From Candidatus Poribacteria bacterium (GTDB taxonomy: Bacteria; Poribacteria; WGA-4E; WGA-3G), in NCBI GenBank assembly GCA_963665235.2, contig CAXXLX010000001.1, positions 3,360,001 to 3,424,000 on the forward strand: a DNA stretch of 64,000 bases, given 5' to 3'. The position numbers and the translations under genes were made by a program. This document shows positions 7,938 to 15,909 of the stretch, in pieces; the first letter of the stretch is position 1, and every line of letters starts with the position of its first letter. The notes beneath the pieces were generated by a model that did not search any database, was not told the origin of the DNA, and saw nothing but the letters and a program-made list of their open reading frames with translations.

Positions 7938-9824
7938 TTAGAATAGAAACCGGTACATCGGCCGCTCGAGGGCTACAGCTAATAGGCTCCAGAACGCACC
8001 AATTACAAATTCCCCCAGAACGATGCCGAGGAAAAACGGAATCGCTTTCCGATGTAAACGGATACCACCATATTTGAGGACAAGCCATTTTAGCAACCAA
8101 CCGACAAAGATTGAACCTATCATCGGATTGATTGCCCAGCTGCCTGAGATAGCATATCCCACCGGGTGTAAATTCCACCAGAGAAATCGCATCCGCATTG
8201 CGGAGAGGAGCAGTGTCGCCCCAAATCCGAACGCTGCGAAACCGATTGCTGGTATATCGGGTGGCGCAGCATAAGTTAACCACGTCTCTAAGCGTCCAAA
8301 GGCTTCTCTACCGAAACCCCCGCCTCTCCCTTCCGCGTAATACATGGAAAGGAATGCCCAAAATGAACCGAGCGCGCCTAGGGCAGAAGCTAGTATCATC
8401 AGAAACGCGAACCTTCGCAGCGGAATGTTCGCACCTTCGGCTAATTTGAACCCTTCAAGTTGATGCGGCATCGCGTGAGAACGGTGGGCACGATTTAGGA
8501 AGTAGAGGTAGGCGAAACCTGTTAAATTTACCGCTCCCAAACGGCGAATGCCGACCAAACGCGGCAGCATCTCATCCGGACCGATAAAGTGCAAATCATG
8601 CACAGGTGAACCGAGTTCTGCGCGCAGCCGCGTAATCGCTATTGCAATTGCAAACCAGATTGCGAAATAGATAACGATTACCCAGAAGCTCATGCCCATC
8701 TTCAGGCAAAAACCGACGATGAAGACAGCCGCCCCTAGAAGCGCGATGAGAGTTAACCGATGTGAAATAGGCTCCTCGGGGCGTGGTGATAGAATTTGAC
8801 GCGCGAACTGTTTCAAATAGCGGCGACTCATCCAGATAGCAACCATACAAAGCCCTAGATACGCGCCGTGCGATTGCTCCGCTTCGTAAGGAAAACGTGG
8901 TAAACCGCGCCACCCCGCAATAACGCCTAATAACCGTTCTGCACGCCAGATTAACCAAAACGCCCAACAGGAAAAGGACAGGTCAAGGGGTATAAAGAAG
9001 GAGAGCCCAACACCGAATGGAAAAACACCGATAGGGCTCCAGCCAATCCCGTTCCAGGGGTTTTCTGTGAAAATTCGGCGGAGGTCATACAATTTACCAC
9101 CCAGGCTCGGCACAGCTGGAAACAGATAGTTTAATCCGTTGATAATGTCAATTGACATACCGATTGCCAGCCCCATCCACATCCACGGTGAACGGAAAAA
9201 TCTACCACCGGGCGTTGTCATCTCAAACGGCAGCTGGATAATCGGATAACTGAGCCGCTCCGATTCAACCCACTGCTTCCGAAAAATTAGACTCAAACAG
9301 AGCATGACGAGATGAATCGCTACAATGAATAGTGTCCACCAAAAGACTGCTGGCAGCCATGCTGTGAGATTAGAGACATCATAGATGCTTGCAGAGCCCT
9401 GATAATATCCCTCAAGCACACGTTTGTCGCTGACAATTAGCCACTCCGGAATGTGCAAGTGAAATAGGTTTATCCAATCGTTTTCCGGGGTTGCAAACCA
9501 ATGTGCATGACTGATAAGCGGCATCAGGACGAGAAATCTATCAACGCCTGCAAGCCCTGCACCTATGGAGATACAGGTGTAGATAACAAGCAACTCTGCG
9601 CGATTGAACGCCAGGGCACGGTTTAGCTGTCGTAAAAGCAAACCGAGTCCCAGTAGGATTAAAATAGTGATAACGGCATTGAAAAACAGGGAGACCTGTG
9701 TCGGACTGCCCCCGCCACGTAGAATGGAAGCGGCTACCCACCAACAGTTCAATGGCACTAGCACACAGAGCAGAAAGATAGCAAATGGCCGAATGTTGAG
9801 CGTTTTCGTTGGAACGGTGTTCAC
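7938..9824 (-). CDS. DUF6785/DUF6784-type polytopic membrane protein (putative OPT-like transporter)
   Basis: Motifs FRKQWVESERLSYPI, PLDLSFSCW, RLRAELG, WWNLHPVGY, KWLVLKYGG, PFFLGIVLGE; many TM segments. Confidence 0.7.
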   Translation of the reverse strand: MNTVPTKTLNIRPFAIFLLCVLVPLNCWWVAASILRGGGSPTQVSLFFNAVITILILLGLGLLLRQLNRALAFNRAELLVIYTCISIGAGLAGVDRFLVLMPLISHAHWFATPENDWINLFHLHIPEWLIVSDKRVLEGYYQGSASIYDVSNLTAWLPAVFWWTLFIVAIHLVMLCLSLIFRKQWVESERLSYPIIQLPFEMTTPGGRFFRSPWMWMGLAIGMSIDIINGLNYLFPAVPSLGGKLYDLRRIFTENPWNGIGWSPIGVFPFGVGLSFFIPLDLSFSCWAFWLIWRAERLLGVIAGWRGLPRFPYEAEQSHGAYLGLCMVAIWMSRRYLKQFARQILSPRPEEPISHRLTLIALLGAAVFIVGFCLKMGMSFWVIVIYFAIWFAIAIAITRLRAELGSPVHDLHFIGPDEMLPRLVGIRRLGAVNLTGFAYLYFLNRAHRSHAMPHQLEGFKLAEGANIPLRRFAFLMILASALGALGSFWAFLSMYYAEGRGGGFGREAFGRLETWLTYAAPPDIPAIGFAAFGFGATLLLSAMRMRFLWWNLHPVGYAISGSWAINPMIGSIFVGWLLKWLVLKYGGIRLHRKAIPFFLGIVLGEFVIGAFWSLLAVALERPMYRFLF

Positions 9825-9982
9825 CTTCTTTCGGGAGTTGACATGCCCATTCTATCCAATTTTCAATTTTGAGGCAACATGTTTTTTGGGATGGGTGTGT
9901 GTAAATATTTTGTCCTTATGTCTCAATAATGCGGAAAGAACGCTAAACCTCCAATCACAAAACTTTGATTGTTCTGTAGCTT

Positions 9983-10130
9983 AAAATCCGTGTAATCCGT
10001 ATAATCCGCGATTTGCGGCGTACTCGCCCAAATGCGACGTGCATTCTGACAACACCCGCCAAATCCCCTCTTCCCCTCTTCCATCCTTCCCCTTTTCCAC
10101 TCTTCCACCCTTCCACCCTTCCACCCTTCC
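9983..10130. repeat. simple tandem repeats (9-mer AATCCGTGT-like; 8-mer TTCCACCC-like)
   Basis: AATCCGTGT AATCCGTAT AATCCGCGA near 9985-10011; about 9 degenerate TTCCNCYC units at 10063-10133. Confidence 0.8.
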
Positions 10131-10199
10131 CGCTATCATAGTCCCAAAACTTTACACCCCCTTGAGATTGTCCTACAGCTTAACCTCCCACTTTTTTTC

Positions 10200-10229
10200 T
10201 TGCTTACCGATGCGAAAATATGCTATAAT
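10200..10229 (+). promoter_or_regulatory. sigma70-type promoter (extended -10)
   Basis: TTGCTT, 18-nt spacer, TGcTATAAT. Confidence 0.5.
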
Positions 10230-10282
10230 CAAAAAAACAGAGAAAAAGCTTGATGTCAACAGCCGCGCATGGAAAAATTGTT

Positions 10283-11911
10283 ATGCGAATACCGAGAAAA
10301 AAAATCATCGTCATCGGTTTACTTATATTTATTGGGGTTATCGTTTTGCTATCCGTCATCTATCACCAGACCGCACTTTGGGAACCTGAACAGAGTTTTA
10401 TCACACTACTTCCAGAATCGCCAATCGGTTATGTAACACTCAAGGAATTGGAGGGGTTTATTCAGACCTTCACCCGCAGTGAGCTGGGAAAACAGGCTGC
10501 ACAGATGCCTATCCTCGCTCACATCAAGGAGCAGCTCTGGTGGAAACAGCTGGTATATCAGAAGCTGCTGTGGGAATACGAGATGGGTGGAAAACTGGAT
10601 ATGAAGGCGGTTAAAGGGCACTTCGGCGAGGAGGCAATTTTTGCCTTGTACCAACGCGAAGGCGAACTTGCATTTCTGCTTATCTCCGCAGTCGGCGGAA
10701 CGGAGAAACTCGGCATCGAAGCCATTACCGCCACCGATGCGATTAATCCGCGCTATAAACGCATCCAAACCGAATACAGCGGGTTTACAATTAACACAAT
10801 TACGGGGTACCCCCTCGATTTTAGTTATACGTTCATCGGGAAGGTTGGCGTGTTAAGCCTGAACCCCTTGCTAGTCGCCGAGGTGCTCGACATCTATGCA
10901 GGAAAAAAGCAGGGTTTTCTTGCACAGCATCCGATACGGGAAAAGATTCAGGACGGTTATACCCAGAACAAAAGCACCGGATATCTCGATGTGGAGCGGC
11001 TTGCTACCGTGTTGGGCGGACCAAAATCGCGGTACCGTCCGCTTATTGAGCTAATTCATCCGCTATTCGGGGGGGCAGAATTGTGGACGTTTGGCAATCG
11101 TTATGAAGAGGGTGTGATTATCTCACAGCACCGTTTCGGAAACCCTAAAAACACTGTCTCAACTGCAACTGAGGCACGGCACACCCCACCGTTTCTCCCA
11201 GCACAAACGGCGTTCGTCACCATCGATCCGAATTATGACTGGGGTGCACTCTACCAGTGGCTGAAATCTAATTTGGCAATCGGGGTTCAATCTGAGGGAA
11301 TTGCGTTATCCCAGCATTTGAATAAGGAGATGACAGTCGCATTGGTTACACATGGCGAAGGGCAGGGGGCGCGCATGCCCTCGCTAGTTCTGCACGCGCC
11401 GATTCAGGCGAAGAATGCATTCGCAGCAGATTTGGAAACGCTAAGAGACACCAAAATTTCTGTAGCAGGCAAACCGCTTGAATTTCTTGAACTGCAAGCA
11501 TATAACGGTATTAACGTGCAAGCTGTCCGACTACGTCTCAATTTTCTATTGGCATTTGTAGGCGGATATGCAATTGTCGATGACCATTTTTTCTTCAGCA
11601 CAACGCTACCGGGCTTAAAGGCGGTGCTTGATACATACCTGGGAAATGCCCCAACTCTAACGGATGTTACGTTTTCTGATGATAGTGTGCAGACATTCAT
11701 TCAACCGAACCTGTTGGTCCCCGAATTGAAAAGGTTTCTCCCGATAGCGGCTCTAATCGCTTCGCTTTCGGGACAGGAGGTGGATGCAACACTCACGCAG
11801 CATATTACAAATAATATATTTCCGCTGGCGGCTCTCGGTCCAATTACGGCTGATGTGCATGTTGAGGAAGCGGGGGTAGATGCAGAAGTTCAGATCGTTT
11901 TGGAGGAGTAA
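10283..11911 (+). CDS. N-terminally anchored exported protein (DUF3352-like)
   Basis: ORF 10250-11911, likely ATG at 10283 (MRIPRKK + TM helix); 'LLPES..GYV' motif and two related alpha/beta halves. Confidence 0.6.
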   Translation: MRIPRKKIIVIGLLIFIGVIVLLSVIYHQTALWEPEQSFITLLPESPIGYVTLKELEGFIQTFTRSELGKQAAQMPILAHIKEQLWWKQLVYQKLLWEYEMGGKLDMKAVKGHFGEEAIFALYQREGELAFLLISAVGGTEKLGIEAITATDAINPRYKRIQTEYSGFTINTITGYPLDFSYTFIGKVGVLSLNPLLVAEVLDIYAGKKQGFLAQHPIREKIQDGYTQNKSTGYLDVERLATVLGGPKSRYRPLIELIHPLFGGAELWTFGNRYEEGVIISQHRFGNPKNTVSTATEARHTPPFLPAQTAFVTIDPNYDWGALYQWLKSNLAIGVQSEGIALSQHLNKEMTVALVTHGEGQGARMPSLVLHAPIQAKNAFAADLETLRDTKISVAGKPLEFLELQAYNGINVQAVRLRLNFLLAFVGGYAIVDDHFFFSTTLPGLKAVLDTYLGNAPTLTDVTFSDDSVQTFIQPNLLVPELKRFLPIAALIASLSGQEVDATLTQHITNNIFPLAALGPITADVHVEEAGVDAEVQIVLEE

Positions 11912-11941
11912 TTCACAGCAACAAACAGGGAGGTTTTTACG

Positions 11942-12286
11942 ATGGAAACAGCAACGCTTGAAACTGTCATTGACCGCTTAGATAGATTGGAAAAGATGGT
12001 TGTGGATATGGCGCAGCAACTTGCTTTAATCGCTACGCAGCTCGACCCACAACCCACTGACACTCACAAACCTGATACACAGAGACAAAAATTTAGCATG
12101 GAAAGCGACAAGCGCGACGCTCACATTGCCAAGAAAATTCTTACGGAGATATATGAAAAAATGGGGATTCCTCCTGACTTTGAACTTAGACCCCTTGAAG
12201 AGCTTCGCGAGAGTATGCGGCAGAACGGCATTCGTGCTGAAGATAACGAGTTTAGCCGCGCAATTATTGAGGAACGTGAGAAATAA
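11942..12286 (+). CDS. putative antitoxin of a type II TA pair
   Basis: GGAGG SD; C-terminal 'FSRAIIEEREK' typical of VapB-like partners; 2 nt upstream of a PIN gene. Confidence 0.7.
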   Translation: METATLETVIDRLDRLEKMVVDMAQQLALIATQLDPQPTDTHKPDTQRQKFSMESDKRDAHIAKKILTEIYEKMGIPPDFELRPLEELRESMRQNGIRAEDNEFSRAIIEEREK

Positions 12287-12288
12287 CT

Positions 12289-12792
12289 GTGGACTATTTC
12301 TATTTTGATGCCAGCGCATTGATTAAACGGTATACTGATGAAATAGGAAGCGATGAAGTTGATTTCCTTTTTGCCAATATTCCGTTGGAACGGATGCTGT
12401 GCTTAATGCTTGGCGCATTAGAAACCCTTTGGATCTGTGTTCGTAAAAGGAACGACGGTCGCATAACCGCTAGTCAGTTTGCTCAGGCCACCGCGTACTT
12501 AGAACATGAAGTAATTAATTCGAATTCAGACTTCAAAACGATTTCTACCCCGGATTCGCTTATTTTGAACTCAATGTCTCTGATTGGAACTCACTCGCTC
12601 AATAGCGTTGATGCAATAGTGCTACGTTCAGCCCTAGACTACGCTGTAGAACTCCGAAATACGGGGCATACATTAGTACTCGTTGCCGCCGATCGACGGC
12701 TGCTCAGGGCCGCACACGCTGAAGGATTGCCGGTCTTTAATCCAGAACTTGATTCACAACAGACACTTATGGAATGGATAACTCCCACATGA
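12289..12792 (+). CDS. vapC: VapC/PIN-domain toxin
   Basis: YFDASALIKRY, LNSVDAIVL, VAADRRLLRAA..EGL..FNP. Confidence 0.85.
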   Translation: MDYFYFDASALIKRYTDEIGSDEVDFLFANIPLERMLCLMLGALETLWICVRKRNDGRITASQFAQATAYLEHEVINSNSDFKTISTPDSLILNSMSLIGTHSLNSVDAIVLRSALDYAVELRNTGHTLVLVAADRRLLRAAHAEGLPVFNPELDSQQTLMEWITPT

Positions 12793-13841
12793 ATACAAAA
12801 ATTGGTATCGGTATAATAAGTTTCGCACATGGACATGCAAACGCTTATTGCAACAGGATGCAGACGTTTGACGATGTTAACCTCATCGCCTGCTGGGATG
12901 ATAACGTTGAACGCGGTGAAGCTGCCGCCGCACAATTCGGTATGAAATTCTCACCGCACCTTGAAGACGTTGTTAAGCATCCCGAGATCGATGCCGTTAT
13001 CATAACGTGCGAAACAAATCGGCACGCGGACATGGTGACAGCAGCCGCATCGGAAGGTAAGCATATCCTTTGCCAAAAACCGATGGCACTCACCTTGGCA
13101 GATTGTGATAAAATTGCTGAAGCGGTGGAAAAGTCCGATGTGAAATTCATGATGGCACATCAGATGCGGCGTGACCCGGCGAACATCGCAATGAAAGAAC
13201 TTATTGCAAGTGGTGTCCTAGGCAAAATCGGCATGCTACGACGGCGGCACTGTATCAACGTGCTTTTCAGTGAAGCCTTTGTGACGGGGCCAAGCCGCTG
13301 GCACATCGATCCTGTGAAGAATATGGGCATGTTTATGGACGATGCATCTCATGCAACCGATTTTATCTACTGGATGCTCGGTAAACCGATAAGCGTCATT
13401 GCCGAAATAGATAACGTTTTGACTGACGTGGCACCCGACGATACGGGAGTGGCCGTCTACCGGTTTGCGGATGGAGCGATGGCTATTCTGCTAAACACCT
13501 CTGTGACGCTCGCCGGTGAAAACACAACCGAAATCTACGGGGATGCAGGCGTTGTCATTCAGAACTACGGCGATGGCCCTTCGTGTAACATGCCTCGACC
13601 CGATGACGCTGTCGCGTTGAAACTCTATACCCGCGATAAACCGTTGTGGACGGACCTGGATATTGAAATTCCCGACAGCCACGGGGAACGCATTGCAGCA
13701 GTACCGCGTCCGTTTATTGATTGCCTGAAAAACGGGACGGCACCGGATGTGACAGTAGAGGATGGGCGGGTTTCCGTAGAGATGGTGTTAGGAGCGTATC
13801 GTTCTGCCCAGGAGGGGCGGCGCGTTTCGTTTCCATTATGA
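12789..13841 (+). CDS. Gfo/Idh/MocA family oxidoreductase
   Basis: GIISFAHGH, GKHILCQKPMA, DDASH; ATG at 12789 overlaps the vapC TGA (ATGA). Confidence 0.9.
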   Translation: MNTKIGIGIISFAHGHANAYCNRMQTFDDVNLIACWDDNVERGEAAAAQFGMKFSPHLEDVVKHPEIDAVIITCETNRHADMVTAAASEGKHILCQKPMALTLADCDKIAEAVEKSDVKFMMAHQMRRDPANIAMKELIASGVLGKIGMLRRRHCINVLFSEAFVTGPSRWHIDPVKNMGMFMDDASHATDFIYWMLGKPISVIAEIDNVLTDVAPDDTGVAVYRFADGAMAILLNTSVTLAGENTTEIYGDAGVVIQNYGDGPSCNMPRPDDAVALKLYTRDKPLWTDLDIEIPDSHGERIAAVPRPFIDCLKNGTAPDVTVEDGRVSVEMVLGAYRSAQEGRRVSFPL

Positions 13842-13895
13842 CGGGTTTTTCAAATTAAAATTTACGTGAATTTGGAAAAAGTTTTCCTCTAGGAT

Positions 13896-14039
13896 GAGGA
13901 GCGGGCTGCTTGCCCGAATACTGCTTCAAAACGTCTTGCCAACTGCCAATAACAAAACGGACATTTATTATCAAACTCACGTTATCTATTCGTTTGACAG
14001 CAGTAGCGGTCGCGAGCGAAGCTCGCTCCTACAGAAGAG
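13896..14039. repeat. REP-like inverted doublet (REPIN-like)
   Basis: Minus-strand CTCTTCTGTAGGAGCGAGCTTCGCTCGCGACC (14008-14039) is the same family as the 7676 unit; degenerate plus-strand partner GAGGAGCGGGCTGCTTGCCCG (13896-13916). Confidence 0.65.
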
Positions 14040-14061
14040 AATGTTGCAATATACTACATTA

Positions 14062-14482
14062 TTGCATTTTACAACATAGCCTGCTGAAACCCTTTATATT
14101 CAACGCTCCCGCCTATATACACCACCGAAATAGTTATATTTTGCAACACCTGTCTAAAAATACCTATCGGTCATTTTCTTATATTCCCAGATTACAATTG
14201 TTATGTCCCCCCCGATACAGCCTTGACAAACAAGGTTTTCCGTGAGGCGCGATATCGAAGCATAAGACCGGTTTCCCTATTGGCAAGGTTTTTGCCTATA
14301 TTCATACTATACCTTAACTTGTACGAAAACCTTACACACTTTAATTTTCATTTTAATTTGACAACTTGTTTTTTTTGTCGTATAATTTATAGACAAGTGT
14401 TGCAAAACACAACAATTTTGTAGCAGATATAGGGCGAGAGCGTTGAGTATAAAGGGTTCCAGGGTTATGTTGTAAAATGCAA
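14062..14482. repeat. ~100-bp imperfect inverted repeats (14062-14161 / 14385-14482) enclosing ~220 bp
   Basis: Left arm TTGCATTTTACAACATAG...AACCCTTTATATTCAACGCTC...TTTTGCAACACCTGTCTA; reverse complement of right arm TTGCATTTTACAACATAA...AACCCTTTATACTCAACGCTC...TTTTGCAACACTTGTCTA. Confidence 0.9.
14358..14386 (+). promoter_or_regulatory. perfect consensus sigma70 promoter
   Basis: TTGACA (14358-14363), 17-nt spacer, TATAAT (14381-14386). Confidence 0.8.
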
Positions 14483-14533
14483 CGGCATAGCGGATTACAG
14501 CATTTCGGTTTATGGTAAACTGGGGGGAAACTA

Positions 14534-15125
14534 GACGGTGTTGTCAACATCATTGACCTTGGTTGCTTCAAACTTCGGTAAGACAGGAGAGAACGCTGCG
14601 GATGTCAATGGTGATGGCGTTGTCAATATCATTGACCTAACACTTGTTGCAGCAGCATTTGGAAATACGACTGAGGCCGCACCTGCAATATGAAGCAGGA
14701 ATTCTAATGATATACTGACACGTGCAACAGTTGAAAAGTGTTTACAACAAGCACGGCAGCTCAACTTAACCGATTCTGTTTTTCAGCGCGGTATCCTTAT
14801 GTTAGAAAATTTTTTGAAGGTGTTGACACCGAAAAAGACAGCACTCTTGCCCAACTATCCGAACCCGTTCAACCCGGAGACGTGGATACCATACCAATTA
14901 GCAGCCCCCGCAGATGTCCCAGTGACAATCTATGCGGTTGATGGCACATTGGTGCGAACCTTATCGTTAGGACATAAACCTATCGGTATCTATCAGAATA
15001 GGACACGTGCGGCATATTGGGACGGTAAAAACCGACTCGGTGAACCGGTCGCCAGTGGTGTGTATTTCTACACACTCACCGCAGGCGATTTCAACGCAAC
15101 GCGCAAGATGCTGATACGCAAGTAA
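14534..15125 (+). pseudogene. 5'-truncated remnant: dockerin-like repeats plus FlgD-Ig/T9SS-type C-terminal domain
   Basis: DGVVNIIDL / frameshift ~14560 / VASNFGKTGENAADVNGDGVVNIIDLTLVAAAFG...APAI* (TGA 14691) ...LLPNYPNPFNPETWIPYQL...YWDGKN...RKMLIRK; no signal peptide or N-terminal cargo. Confidence 0.8.
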
Positions 15126-15197
15126 CGCATATCGGACAAACGCGGAAGGATAGAGCGTTATATTCTATCCTCCCTCACTTTGAAATAAGGAGTTTTT

Positions 15198-15896
15198 ATG
15201 TATCTACGAAGTAGGAAGGCGGACACCAATAGCATTTTTGTAATGCTCACTGTTTTTCTTTCAATTTGCGGGCTCACAACTAACGTTTTAGCCATCACCG
15301 CGCAGGAAGTGATGGAGAATACGTTGGAAGTGTATGAAGATATTGATAATTACAAAGCGGTCGTTCAAACCTACGAGGCAGCATCGATGAATGTTTCACG
15401 GAGTATTTTTGAAACCCAAGCTCCGATCATATCCTTTAATCTCTTTTTTCGGAAGCCGAATGAGCATGCGGTTCAACAGATCGGCAAGTCTCGTTATGGG
15501 GTATTCCGGGTTGAGTTGCTCAGTGCTCTTGAGCGTTTGAAAGACATTGAATTGAATTTGAAAAAGAGTGAGCTGGTACGCGGACAGAATTGTTATGTAC
15601 TGGAATGCACATCTGCTGAAGAACAGGATGCAGTTATGAAGCTCTACATATCTCGCAAGGATTGGACTGTTCAACAACTCACACTTATCATAGAGTCTTT
15701 GACTTTGGCAACAACGCAGTTTACGTATCCGAAGGATGGTAATAGAACGACACGCTTTCTACCTGTAGAAACACGGAGTTTTTTCCCATTGTCCAAAAAG
15801 GTGCTGATCAATAGGATTACGAATTATCAGGTGAATACAATTCTCCCCCAAGAGATTTTTGAGAAACGAAATAGTAGGGAACAATCCGAGAAATAG
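15198..15896 (+). CDS. exported protein, LolA/outer-membrane lipoprotein-sorting fold
   Basis: AAGGAG SD; signal peptide ending VLA; 'ITAQEVME..YEDIDNYKA', 'FFRKPN', 'CYVLE', 'KLYIS', 'NYQVNTILPQEIF'. Confidence 0.65.
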   Translation: MYLRSRKADTNSIFVMLTVFLSICGLTTNVLAITAQEVMENTLEVYEDIDNYKAVVQTYEAASMNVSRSIFETQAPIISFNLFFRKPNEHAVQQIGKSRYGVFRVELLSALERLKDIELNLKKSELVRGQNCYVLECTSAEEQDAVMKLYISRKDWTVQQLTLIIESLTLATTQFTYPKDGNRTTRFLPVETRSFFPLSKKVLINRITNYQVNTILPQEIFEKRNSREQSEK

Positions 15897-15909
15897 ATGA
15901 GGGGAACAA

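Noticed and set aside
7607-8283. Repeat-peptide ORFs (HSTLLQKGRV, ACTARSYRRV and similar)
   Set aside because: By-products of a 30-bp non-coding tandem repeat that is open in several frames.
14691-14693. Selenocysteine or recoded TGA
   Set aside because: Lies in a remnant that also has a frameshift and no N-terminus; other genes here use TGA as a stop; likely a TGG-to-TGA change.
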